64,000 bases of DNA from Bacteroidota bacterium (lineage in GTDB: Bacteria > Bacteroidota > Bacteroidia > Bacteroidales > UBA4417): assembly GCA_022711175.1 (NCBI GenBank), contig JAKLFM010000003.1, positions 52,709-116,708 of the forward strand. Reading direction: 5' to 3'. The translations under genes and the position numbers were made by a program. Below the pieces are notes generated by a model, which did no database searches, was not told the origin of the DNA, and worked only from the letters and a program-made list of their open reading frames with translations. Below are positions 37,744 to 46,967 of this stretch, in pieces; within the stretch, counting starts at the first letter, position 1, and each line of letters starts with the position of its first letter.

Positions 37744-39480
37744 TTATGAGTGCCCGATTTCAGAATCTTCGTCAAATGTTGACCACGAATAATTGTAAAG
37801 GCCGTCGAGCAGGCGTTTTTCTTTCTGCTCAGGTGTCAGGGCTTCATATTCCCGCTTTTCCTCGTCAATTTTTCGTTGTTTCTCGGCTTCAATGGCATGT
37901 ATTTCAGCAAGATATGCATTTTCCATCCGCTTTTTCAGAAAATCGTGGGCTACCGATGGAAACAGTTCAAGTAAAAGTTCTTCTTTTTCACTTTTTGCCA
38001 GCTTTACACCTCCATATTCCTCATAAACAGGATTCTCCTGCTTCTTATAGTACCTGGGATCGTAAGGAGTTTCATCCTTTACCCCGGCAATTTTAAACCT
38101 GAATTCCGGATCAATGGCAACGGGTGTTTTTCCATAGCTGCCCTTCACCAGGTTGACAAACTGAATGGATTTTGTTGAATAGATAGGGTCGCCCTTTGAT
38201 TCATCAATGGCACAGTTTACAGCCTGTACGCCAACGATCTGGCTTGTAGGAGTAACCAGCGGAGGACAGCCGGAAGCAACACGTACCAAAGGAATGAGTT
38301 CGAGAGCCCGCGGCAGAAGCTTTTCGAGTTTTAACTGTTTAAGTTGAGCCAGCATATTGCTGTACATTCCGCCGGGAACTTCAGCTTCGCGGATGATATC
38401 GTCGGCTTCGGGTAAACCGAACCAGCTTTCGATACGGTGGCATGTTTCGAGAAGATCGTCTTCCTTATCGGCTTTTGCATATGCAATGGCCAGCTCTACC
38501 ATCTGATCAATATCATGCGGAAGTTTATCTTCCAGGAAGTTGAACTCACGCGGAAATGCCTTTGTAGCATCAAATTCGGCCAACTCATGCCTTATTTCGC
38601 GCAGTTCTTTGTCGATCAGCTGAACGGCCTGCTTGTTTACACCTGTTTCTATATTCATGCGATCGCAAAACAACTGGATAAGTTCGAAAGGCGGGGCTGC
38701 AGTACCGCCCGAAAAACTCATTACAGCCGTATCAACGATATCAGCGCCGTTAACAATGGCCATCAAAGTTGAAGCCAGTCCGAACCCGGGTGTGCAGTGC
38801 GTATGAAAATCGAGAGGAATCGAAAGGTTTTCTTTCAGCATCCGCACCAGTCGCCCGGTTTTTCCGGGAGTTGCCAGTCCAGCCATATCTTTGACCGAAA
38901 TCATATCGGCACCCATTTTTTCGAGCTCCCTGGCTTTGTTAACGAAGTAGGCCTTTGTGAAAATATTGGCCGGCAGCATTTTAGCATGCAATAAAGCACG
39001 CAGGCGTTCTCGGGTTGAATATTTAGGGTCAACTGTATAAACAATGCAGCAATCGGCTATTCCGCCACTTTCCTTAACAAAACGAATGGTAGATTCCATG
39101 TTCGACACATCGTTGAGGGCATCAAAAATGCGCATGATGCTAACACCAGATTTGATGGCATTGCGGTTGAAACCTTCGATCACCGAATCAGGATAAGGAT
39201 TATAGCCGAAAAGATTGCGCCCCCTTGAAAGTGCCGTAAGCAATGAATTATCACCAATAACCTCGTGAATTTTTTCCAAACGCCTCCACGGATCCTCATG
39301 CAGATAACGCATCACCGAATCGGGTACGGCTCCGCCCCATACTTCCATGGCATAAAAGCCTGCTTGTGCAAAAAACGGCAGCACTTTGTCGACCTGTTGC
39401 TGCGACATGCGGGTGGCAAAAAGCGACTGTTGTCCGTCGCGGAGAGTAACATCACGGATCAGAAGGCGTTTACCGGCCAT
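37744..39480 (-). CDS. Carboxyltransferase of the oxaloacetate decarboxylase alpha / pyruvate carboxylase B / transcarboxylase 5S type, lacking a biotinyl domain
   Basis: 578 aa. The N-terminal LIRDVTLRDGQQSLFATRM (HMGL-like TIM barrel) and HTHCTPG metal site are present. No AMKM biotinylation motif is visible. The C-terminal ~70 aa are a charged helical tail. Confidence 0.8.
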   Translation of the reverse strand: MAGKRLLIRDVTLRDGQQSLFATRMSQQQVDKVLPFFAQAGFYAMEVWGGAVPDSVMRYLHEDPWRRLEKIHEVIGDNSLLTALSRGRNLFGYNPYPDSVIEGFNRNAIKSGVSIMRIFDALNDVSNMESTIRFVKESGGIADCCIVYTVDPKYSTRERLRALLHAKMLPANIFTKAYFVNKARELEKMGADMISVKDMAGLATPGKTGRLVRMLKENLSIPLDFHTHCTPGFGLASTLMAIVNGADIVDTAVMSFSGGTAAPPFELIQLFCDRMNIETGVNKQAVQLIDKELREIRHELAEFDATKAFPREFNFLEDKLPHDIDQMVELAIAYAKADKEDDLLETCHRIESWFGLPEADDIIREAEVPGGMYSNMLAQLKQLKLEKLLPRALELIPLVRVASGCPPLVTPTSQIVGVQAVNCAIDESKGDPIYSTKSIQFVNLVKGSYGKTPVAIDPEFRFKIAGVKDETPYDPRYYKKQENPVYEEYGGVKLAKSEKEELLLELFPSVAHDFLKKRMENAYLAEIHAIEAEKQRKIDEEKREYEALTPEQKEKRLLDGLYNYSWSTFDEDSEIGHS

Positions 39481-39769
39481 AAATTTCTATTGTTCAACGG
39501 TTTAGCGAAAACGATTAGTTTTAAATATCAAAACAGGGAACCAGTCAACCTGTTAATCAGTTCACAATTAAATCTGTGAATTAATTCACAATGCAAAACT
39601 ACTAATATTAAATGGATTCAAAGTATTAAACCAGGCTGAATATTTTTGAAAAAGCGTTTAATATTCAAACCTTCGGGCAGTTTTGTGAACTGGTTTTCTG
39701 TTTTGCCTGCTTTTAAAATATGTACCTTTATGACCTTCAACAACCATTACCGTTTTAACGACAAAAACC

Positions 39770-41425
39770 ATGAAAAAGTTTATCCTTTTACCGGCACTCA
39801 TCCTCCTTGCCGTATGGGTTAATACCGGATGCAAACAAAAACAGAACACAAACCAGGCGAACAACACCGACACCATCAGCGAAATGCAGAAAAAGGTAAA
39901 TGAATACGCGGTTGTAAAGCTCACCACCGATATGAGCAAACTAACCGATAAAGAAAAACAAATGATTCCTGTTCTGCTGGAAATTTCGCAGATCATGGAC
40001 GACCTGTACTGGATGGAAACACTTGGTAACAAATGGGCCTTTCTCGATACCATCAAAGATGCAGCAACCAAACAGTTTGCCATTATCAACTACGGCCCAT
40101 GGGACCGGCTCGACGAAAACTTACCCTTTATTGCCGGCATAGGCAAGAAAGCCCCCGGCGCCAATTTTTACCCGGCCGATATGACCAAGGATGAATTTGA
40201 AAAATGGAACGATAAAAACAAAGCCAGCCAATATACCTTAGTGAAACGCGAAACCGACGGGAAACTTAAGAGCATATGGTTTCACGAAGCTTTTGAAGGA
40301 AAAATCAAACAGGCTTCGGAATTGTTGCTCAAAGCCGCAGCGCTGGCCGAAGACCCGGGCCTGAAGAAGTATCTTGAACTTCGTTCGAAAGCACTTCTCA
40401 CCGATGATTATTTTGCCAGTGATATGGCCTGGATGGATATGAAAACCAACACCATAGACTTTGTTGTCGGGCCTATCGAAAATTATGAGGATGAATTGTT
40501 CGGATATAAAGCAGCCCACGAAGCCGCAATACTTGTAAAGGATAAGGAATGGAGCAAAAAGCTCGAAAAATATGCCGCCATGTTGCCGGCTTTACAAAAA
40601 GAACTGCCCTGTGACCCTAAATACAAACAGGAAGTTCCGGGCACCGATTCGGACCTGAATGCATATAACATTCTTTATTATGCTGGCCATACCAACTGCG
40701 GGGGCAAAACCATTGCCATTAACCTGCCCAACGACGAAAAAGTGCAGCTTGCCAAAGGCAGCCGCAGGCTTCAGCTTAAGAATGCCATGCAGGCCAAATT
40801 CGACAAAATACTGGTGCCAATAGCCGATGTTCTGATTGACCCGTCGCAAAGGGCAAATATCAAATTCGACGCCTTTTTCGGCAATGTGATGTTTCACGAA
40901 GTGGCTCACGGCCTCGGCATTAAAAACACCATCAACGGCAAAGGCAACATCCGCGAAGCGTTGAAAGAACAATATTCGGGCTGGGAAGAAGGAAAGGCTG
41001 ACATCCTGGGCTTATACATGGTTACCAAACTCATCGAAAAAGGCGAATTACAGGGAATAACCGTTGAAGATGCTTTTGTAACCTATATGGCCGGGCTTAT
41101 CCGATCGGTACGATTTGGAGCCGCCGAAGCCCATGGTAAAGCCAATATGATGTGTTTCAACTTTTTTGAGGACAAAGGCGCCTTTAAACTCAATCCTGAT
41201 GGAACTTATAAGGTAGATATGGAGAAAACCCGCCAAGCCATGAACGAATGGAGCGCATTTATCCTTCAGATCGAAGGGGAAGGCGATTATCAGCAAGCGG
41301 TGGATTACATGGCAGCCAATGGCAAAGTCCGTGACGAACTGAAAACAGGCCTTGAGAAACTCAAAACCGCCAATATTCCGAAAGATGTGGTTTTTGAACA
41401 GGGCTTAGCCACCCTTGGACTATAA
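39770..41425 (+). CDS. M49-like zinc peptidase (dipeptidyl-peptidase III-related, short form) lipoprotein
   Basis: 551 aa with a lipoprotein signal (MKKFILLPALILLAVWVNTGC). The zinc motifs are FHEVAHGLG (nt 40895-40909) and EEGKAD (nt 40985-41002), spaced as in the M49 family. Confidence 0.7.
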   Translation: MKKFILLPALILLAVWVNTGCKQKQNTNQANNTDTISEMQKKVNEYAVVKLTTDMSKLTDKEKQMIPVLLEISQIMDDLYWMETLGNKWAFLDTIKDAATKQFAIINYGPWDRLDENLPFIAGIGKKAPGANFYPADMTKDEFEKWNDKNKASQYTLVKRETDGKLKSIWFHEAFEGKIKQASELLLKAAALAEDPGLKKYLELRSKALLTDDYFASDMAWMDMKTNTIDFVVGPIENYEDELFGYKAAHEAAILVKDKEWSKKLEKYAAMLPALQKELPCDPKYKQEVPGTDSDLNAYNILYYAGHTNCGGKTIAINLPNDEKVQLAKGSRRLQLKNAMQAKFDKILVPIADVLIDPSQRANIKFDAFFGNVMFHEVAHGLGIKNTINGKGNIREALKEQYSGWEEGKADILGLYMVTKLIEKGELQGITVEDAFVTYMAGLIRSVRFGAAEAHGKANMMCFNFFEDKGAFKLNPDGTYKVDMEKTRQAMNEWSAFILQIEGEGDYQQAVDYMAANGKVRDELKTGLEKLKTANIPKDVVFEQGLATLGL

Positions 41426-41962
41426 GGAAGAGAGCAATTTCCGCCCTGTGCTTTTAAGAAGCATGTAACTGTCGTGATACGAAATCGGCTCTTCGGAACC
41501 GGTTTCGGTAAATGACCACTCCACAAGATCACCCTCTTTCCAGCCGGGCTTCAAATCGCTGAGTGAGAATGAAAAAATGCTGAGATTCCTGTTGATTAAG
41601 TTGCAATCGAGCTCCTGCCCGTTTACGCTTATTTTTATTGCAGACGACTCAAGTGATTGATAATCTGCGGTGTAGTATGTCAGTTCTACAACAAAGACTG
41701 TTTCGGTATTGTAGGTCTCAAAATAAACTGACTTCAGCCGATTCCCGTTCCTCCCTTTAACCGAACCGGTAGTTGACCGCAGTATATTTTGCTCACCCGG
41801 GTAATTAATATTTCTATTTTCAATGTTTCTGTTTGCTGTCCGAACGTCAGCAGCATATTCCTTATGTGTGCCTTGCGACATTTCATCCCTTTTACAGGAA
41901 TAAAAAATGCCGTTAACAACACCAACTGATGTTAATAATAATATGATCAGCAATTTTTTCAT
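41420..41962 (-). CDS. Hypothetical lipoprotein
   Basis: 180 aa with a signal peptide followed by Cys (GIFYSC). Its stop overlaps the convergent M49-like gene by 6 nt. No family was recognised. Confidence 0.45.
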   Translation of the reverse strand: MKKLLIILLLTSVGVVNGIFYSCKRDEMSQGTHKEYAADVRTANRNIENRNINYPGEQNILRSTTGSVKGRNGNRLKSVYFETYNTETVFVVELTYYTADYQSLESSAIKISVNGQELDCNLINRNLSIFSFSLSDLKPGWKEGDLVEWSFTETGSEEPISYHDSYMLLKSTGRKLLSSL

Positions 41963-42285
41963 TGCCTTGAATAGTTTACGGGCGATTATTTAAAAATTCT
42001 CCCTTCCGAGCTAAGGACTGGATCTGTAAATGATTTTCAAAACACATGCCATCTTATGTAACAAGCTCACTAATAAGCTATTAACCTCAATTTGCAAATC
42101 AGTTGATCCTCTGATTTTGCTTTAAGCGGACAGCTATTTTGCTGCAAGTATGAAAACAGGATTCTCCGGAATAATTTTCGTTCATCTCACAGGCTTTTAT
42201 CAGCCTTTTACAGAAAATTTGCCACGACACACAGAACAATTCAGGCAATTAGAAGATTATGGAGTACTGTTTTAGCCATTTCCTT

Positions 42286-42293
42286 TACTTTTG
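42286..42293 (+). promoter_or_regulatory. Bacteroidota-type -7 promoter element for the S46 peptidase gene
   Basis: tacttttg matches TAnnTTTG, 32 nt upstream of the ATG at 42325. It lies inside the over-extended track ORF starting at 42259. Confidence 0.5.
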
Positions 42294-42324
42294 CCTGACA
42301 AATCTTAAACCAATCACCCGATTT

Positions 42325-44481
42325 ATGAAAAAATACTTACTGGCATTATGTATGCTTACAGCTGTATTTGCGAATGCAGCCGAAACTCCTGATGAAGGCA
42401 TGTGGCTACCCATGTTTGTTGAAAGGCTCAACTATGTTGACATGCAAAAAATGGGACTGCGCCTCACTCCTGACGAGCTTTACAGCATCAATCATTCGAG
42501 TCTCAAAGACGCCATTGTAAGCCTTGGCGGTTTTTGCACAGCCGAAGTGGTTTCTCCCGAAGGATTGCTTTTTACGAACCATCACTGCGGATATGGCAAC
42601 ATTCAGAAACACAGCACGGTAGATCACGATTATCTTACCGATGGATTTTGGGCTATGAGCAAAGCCGAAGAGCTGCCCAACGAAGGCCTCACCGTATCGT
42701 TTCTCGAACGCATGGAGGATGTCACCGCTGATGTGTTGAGTGTTGTTACCGGCGACATGGACGAAACGGCCCGCCAATCGGCTATCAATAAAAAGGTCGA
42801 GGAGCTGAAGAAAAACGCTTCGGAAGATGGCAAGTATGAAATTGAGTTGAAAAGCTTTTTCAATGGCAACGAGTACTATATGTTTGTTTACCAGGTTTAT
42901 AAAGATGTTCGCCTGGTGGGTGCACCGCCTTCGAGCATTGGAAAATTTGGCGGCGATACCGATAACTGGATGTGGCCACGCCACACAGGCGATTTTTCAA
43001 TTTTCCGCATTTACACTGCCCCCGACGGATCGCCGGCTGAATATGCCAAGGAGAATGTACCGTTAAAACCGAAGCACTTCCTGCCTGTTTCGCTAAAAGG
43101 TTACCAGAAAAACGACTTTGCCATGATCTGGGGATTCCCCGGCCGCACCGACCGTTACCGTACATCATGGGGCGTTGAAGCAACAATGAATGATATTAAC
43201 CCGGTGATTATTAAAGTTTTAGGAAAAGTTCTTGAGCTGCAGAAAGCCGGCATGGATAAGGATAACGCTGTACGTATTGCATATGCCGATAATTATGCCG
43301 GACTTGCAAATTACTGGAAATTACAGCTTGGCGAAAACCGTGATCTCAAACGCCTCAGCGTGATTGCAAAAAAACAGGAACTGGAAAAACAATTTGCAGG
43401 TTGGGTGAACGCAACCGATGCACGCAAACAAAAATATGGCGATGTGCTTAACACCTTTGCCAATGTTTACGGCAAATACAAAGAGCAAAACCTCTACACC
43501 GTTCTGTATCACACACAGTTAGCCATGTATGGCTCGCAGGCATTTACTGCTCCCGGGCAGGCCATGGGCATTGAAACCGCGCTGAAAAGCGGAGTAAAAG
43601 GCGAAGAACTCACCAAGCAACTTGAGAAATACAAGGAATTTGGCACCGAGCATTTCAAGGAGTACAATATTGATATTGAGCGCAATGTGCTGGCCGCCGT
43701 TCTCGAACTCTTCTACAACGGAGTACCGAAAGCACAACATCCCGAAGTCCTTGAGACCGTTTATACCAAATACAAAGGTGATTTTAAGGCTTATGCCGCC
43801 GATCTTTTTGAGAAATCAATATGGTACACACCCGAGAACTTCAGCGCTTTCCTCGCAAAACCATCGCTCAAGAAACTGCAAAACGATCCGGCAGGTAAAC
43901 TCTATGCTTCCTTCATGGACATTTTCAGGAAAATACAGGAATCGAACAAGCAACTCTCGAACCAGATAAAAGTGGCACAAAGACTTTATGCCGAAGGCCT
44001 GCGTGAAATGGAACCCGATAAAAGTTTTTATCCTGATGCCAACAGCACTATGCGTATGACATACGGAAAAGTGCTTGATTACTATCCTGCCGATGCCGTT
44101 CACTACAAGTATTACACCACACTCGACGGTGTGATGGCCAAGGAAGATCCTTCCAATGAGGAATTCATTGTACCGGCTAAACTAAAAGAGCTGTACCAGA
44201 AGAAAGACTATGGTCAGTATGGAGTAAACGGCACAATGTACACCTGTTTCCTTACTGATAATGACATTACCGGCGGCAATTCCGGAAGCCCTGTCCTTAA
44301 TGCTGACGGCCACCTGATTGGCCTAGCTTTTGACGGTAACTGGGAAGCCATGAGCGGAAACATATTATTTGAGCCGGAGCTACAGCGGACGATCTGTGTT
44401 GATGTACGTTACGTGCTTTTCGTTATCGACAAATATGCCGGGGCTACCAATCTGATCAACGAACTCACTTTGGTGAAGTAA
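42325..44481 (+). CDS. Peptidase S46 dipeptidyl-peptidase (DPP7-type)
   Basis: The start is set at MKKYLLALCMLTAVFANA (signal peptide). The mature N-terminus is DEGMWLP. The catalytic His context is FTNHHCGY and the catalytic Ser context is TGGNSGSPVLNADGHLIGLAFDGNWE. Confidence 0.9.
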   Translation: MKKYLLALCMLTAVFANAAETPDEGMWLPMFVERLNYVDMQKMGLRLTPDELYSINHSSLKDAIVSLGGFCTAEVVSPEGLLFTNHHCGYGNIQKHSTVDHDYLTDGFWAMSKAEELPNEGLTVSFLERMEDVTADVLSVVTGDMDETARQSAINKKVEELKKNASEDGKYEIELKSFFNGNEYYMFVYQVYKDVRLVGAPPSSIGKFGGDTDNWMWPRHTGDFSIFRIYTAPDGSPAEYAKENVPLKPKHFLPVSLKGYQKNDFAMIWGFPGRTDRYRTSWGVEATMNDINPVIIKVLGKVLELQKAGMDKDNAVRIAYADNYAGLANYWKLQLGENRDLKRLSVIAKKQELEKQFAGWVNATDARKQKYGDVLNTFANVYGKYKEQNLYTVLYHTQLAMYGSQAFTAPGQAMGIETALKSGVKGEELTKQLEKYKEFGTEHFKEYNIDIERNVLAAVLELFYNGVPKAQHPEVLETVYTKYKGDFKAYAADLFEKSIWYTPENFSAFLAKPSLKKLQNDPAGKLYASFMDIFRKIQESNKQLSNQIKVAQRLYAEGLREMEPDKSFYPDANSTMRMTYGKVLDYYPADAVHYKYYTTLDGVMAKEDPSNEEFIVPAKLKELYQKKDYGQYGVNGTMYTCFLTDNDITGGNSGSPVLNADGHLIGLAFDGNWEAMSGNILFEPELQRTICVDVRYVLFVIDKYAGATNLINELTLVK

Positions 44482-44499
44482 CATCTGGCATTTTTTCAC

Positions 44500-44535
44500 A
44501 AAAAAACAGGCGCTTTCGGGCGCCTGTTTTTTTTA
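44500..44535. terminator. Bidirectional rho-independent terminator between convergent genes
   Basis: GC-rich stem acaggcgc / gcgcctgt (44506-44513 / 44520-44527), flanked by an A-run upstream and a T-run downstream. Confidence 0.75.
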
Positions 44536-44546
44536 TTTATCTTGCA

Positions 44547-45065
44547 TTACTTTGTTTTGTTTTCCGCTTTGGATTTCTTAATAGCCTCTGCCTTAGCGGG
44601 AGTCATTTTCGTGCCCGTTTTCACCTGAACGGTTTTGGTATCCTTTATTTCTGTAGCCGGTTTGGCTTTTGGTGCAGTAGTCGGTTTCCCTGATTTATCC
44701 AACGATTTTACGTCGTTCACCGATTTATTGGTTGTGCGGGCATTGACCGAGGTGGGATTTACAGGCTTTGTTTTTACTGGAGCAACCGCGGTTTTTGACT
44801 TTACTCCCGGGCCGGTAGCGGTAGTTTTTGGCTTTGTGGCTGTGGCCGGTTTGGTTGTAACTGCTTTGTTTGATGTAGAGGATTTTGTACTCTGAATTAC
44901 CGGCATGGCTTCCTTTTTTTGAACCGGAGGCATGGGTTTGGTTTTTTGAACCGTTTGTTTCTTCTCGTTTGTAACCGCATTATCAGCCGATTGGGCAAAT
45001 ACGGCATTCATCGAAATGGCTGCGCCGGCAAATAAGGCCAGTGCGATAAATACTCTTGTTTTCAT
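44547..45065 (-). CDS. Secreted low-complexity Lys/Thr/Pro-rich protein
   Basis: 172 aa with signal peptide MKTRVFIALALFAGAAISMNAVFAQ. The rest is dominated by K, T, P, A and V (TKPATATKPKTTATGPGVKSKTAVAPVKTKP...). Confidence 0.5.
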   Translation of the reverse strand: MKTRVFIALALFAGAAISMNAVFAQSADNAVTNEKKQTVQKTKPMPPVQKKEAMPVIQSTKSSTSNKAVTTKPATATKPKTTATGPGVKSKTAVAPVKTKPVNPTSVNARTTNKSVNDVKSLDKSGKPTTAPKAKPATEIKDTKTVQVKTGTKMTPAKAEAIKKSKAENKTK

Positions 45066-45126
45066 AATGATGTTTTACTTTTTTGCCATTCTTTCTCAAA
45101 AATCATTCCAGACTAATATCGTCTCA

Positions 45127-46278
45127 TTATTTCAGCCTCTTTTCCCAAACCAGGCTGCCATCAGCTCCTGATTTCCCGATATAGTAAAAGCTACCTCCCG
45201 TGTTGCTTAATCCGGCCCAGGTAAACGAGCCGTCGGAGTTTTGCACAAGGCCGTAACCCTGTTCAACATTATCACCGCCATAACTCTTTTGCCAGCTTTC
45301 GGTACCTGAGGCATCCACTTTAAGTAATCGCACCTGCATGTCATCAGAAATGGTTGAGTTACCACTCAAGGCAAAACCGCCATCTGTGGTTGGCACTACC
45401 GTTGTACCATAATCATAACCGGCTCTGGTGTAATGGTTTTCCCATTGCTTGACACCGTCAAAACCCGTTTTCAGCAGGTAGAAATCCTGTTCGGTCCCGT
45501 TGAAGTATGTTCCGCCGATGATGATACTATAGTCAGCGGTGGGCTCAAGTGAATAACCGATGGCTGAGCTGTATGTTTTTTGCCAAAGGCTGTCGCCACT
45601 GGCACTGGTGCGCATCAGAAATGCATTGCCACAGCAATTTGAGTAACCATCGGTAGAACCAGTAACAAAGTAATTGCCACCCGAAGCTATGATATCGTAA
45701 GCTTCGTCGTAATTATTGGCTGAAGTGCTTTTGCCGCCGAAACGTTTAACCCACAGTTTATTACCGGTTGGCCCAAATTTGGCAATGAGAATATCGCGGT
45801 CGTCAGTGAGCGACTCCATCATGTATCCGCAAACCACATAACCGCTGTCAATTGCAGGAATAACGCTTATGCCCTGCGAACAGGCAAAATCAGTCAGCAC
45901 CGAGAGCCATTCCTGGTTGCCTGCGGCATCGGTTTTAACAAGGAGCAAATTCGGGTAATTATAATCGGCTGAATAGGAGTAGCCGGTTGCTATAAAACCG
46001 CCGTTGGCCGTGTTGGCTGCACCGAAAAAGCCGTCAGAGTTGCTGGTCCCGTAACTAAAACTCCAGAGTATATTTCCATCGTTGTCGAGTTTGGTAAGGC
46101 AGCCCTGGTAGTTGGCGCCCGTAACCATGTTATACCCCGAAGCAAGCAGGTTGCCATCGGTAGTTTTGATGAGGCTGTTTGCACCTCGTAGCCAGGCTTC
46201 GGTTACTTCGTCCTTTTTACAGCTGGCGATGAGGAGCGTTGCGGATAAGGCAATGAACAGTATAAAGTGATTTTTCAT
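45127..46278 (-). CDS. Lipoprotein with about seven ~48-aa beta-propeller-like repeats
   Basis: 383 aa with a lipoprotein signal (LLIASC). The blade motif recurs seven times as hhKhDxxGxxxW: LTKLDNDGNILW, LVKTDAAGNQEW, IAKFGPTGNKLW, LMRTSASGDSLW, LLKTGFDGVKQW, LLKVDASGTESW, IGKSGADGSLVW. Confidence 0.6.
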   Translation of the reverse strand: MKNHFILFIALSATLLIASCKKDEVTEAWLRGANSLIKTTDGNLLASGYNMVTGANYQGCLTKLDNDGNILWSFSYGTSNSDGFFGAANTANGGFIATGYSYSADYNYPNLLLVKTDAAGNQEWLSVLTDFACSQGISVIPAIDSGYVVCGYMMESLTDDRDILIAKFGPTGNKLWVKRFGGKSTSANNYDEAYDIIASGGNYFVTGSTDGYSNCCGNAFLMRTSASGDSLWQKTYSSAIGYSLEPTADYSIIIGGTYFNGTEQDFYLLKTGFDGVKQWENHYTRAGYDYGTTVVPTTDGGFALSGNSTISDDMQVRLLKVDASGTESWQKSYGGDNVEQGYGLVQNSDGSFTWAGLSNTGGSFYYIGKSGADGSLVWEKRLK

Positions 46279-46397
46279 AGCAGTTTAAAAATAAAGTCAT
46301 GAGAAGTACAAAGGTAGAATTTCCCTCCTGACAGGGACTTTTTTAACGTGTTAAAGAATGCAAAAAGAGCCGGAACGTCATGGAGTCCTCACACATT

Positions 46398-46934
46398 CTA
46401 CCATTCACTGAAAGGCTTTTGTGCCAGCGTGGAGTTTTGGTAGCGCGAATCGCCCGATACTTCCTCAGCAATCCAGGGCGGAAGTTCGAATATTTCGTCA
46501 GGATCAGAAAGCTCAATTTCGGCAACCCATAAACCGGCATTTTGTTCCTCAAATTCATCTATCTGCCAGGTTTTTCCGCAATAGATTACCTGGAAACGTG
46601 TTTTCCTCACGGGAGCAAAAGGACTAAGTTCATAAGCCATAAAGAAGGCATCTTCGAGTGGTATGGGATATTCAAATTCGGGTCTTGAAATACCTTTTTG
46701 TGATCCTTTAACGGTGATAAACGCTGAATTTTCGGTAAACCGCACCCTAACTGTCACCTGCCGGCTTATGTGCAGGTAAGCCTGTATAATATGCTCGCCA
46801 CCAGTAAGCTGAGGAAGCATCTCTTTGTTAACCAAATATTTGCGTTCGGTTTCGGTTGCCACAAAACTTGGTTTTATGATGTTAGCATGAGCGGTTGAAG
46901 CTAAGAAACCTTCATCGGAAGGCAATATCTTCAT
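46398..46934 (-). CDS. CYTH-domain protein (triphosphate tunnel metalloenzyme family)
   Basis: The ETERKYLV motif is the canonical ExExK start of CYTH domains. A GTG at 46862 would give MATETERKYLV and a typical ~154-aa product, so the ATG at 46934 may be over-extended. Confidence 0.7.
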   Translation of the reverse strand: MKILPSDEGFLASTAHANIIKPSFVATETERKYLVNKEMLPQLTGGEHIIQAYLHISRQVTVRVRFTENSAFITVKGSQKGISRPEFEYPIPLEDAFFMAYELSPFAPVRKTRFQVIYCGKTWQIDEFEEQNAGLWVAEIELSDPDEIFELPPWIAEEVSGDSRYQNSTLAQKPFSEW

Positions 46935-46967
46935 ACTAAAGCCCGATCCGATTGCTGCAGTTTCTTT

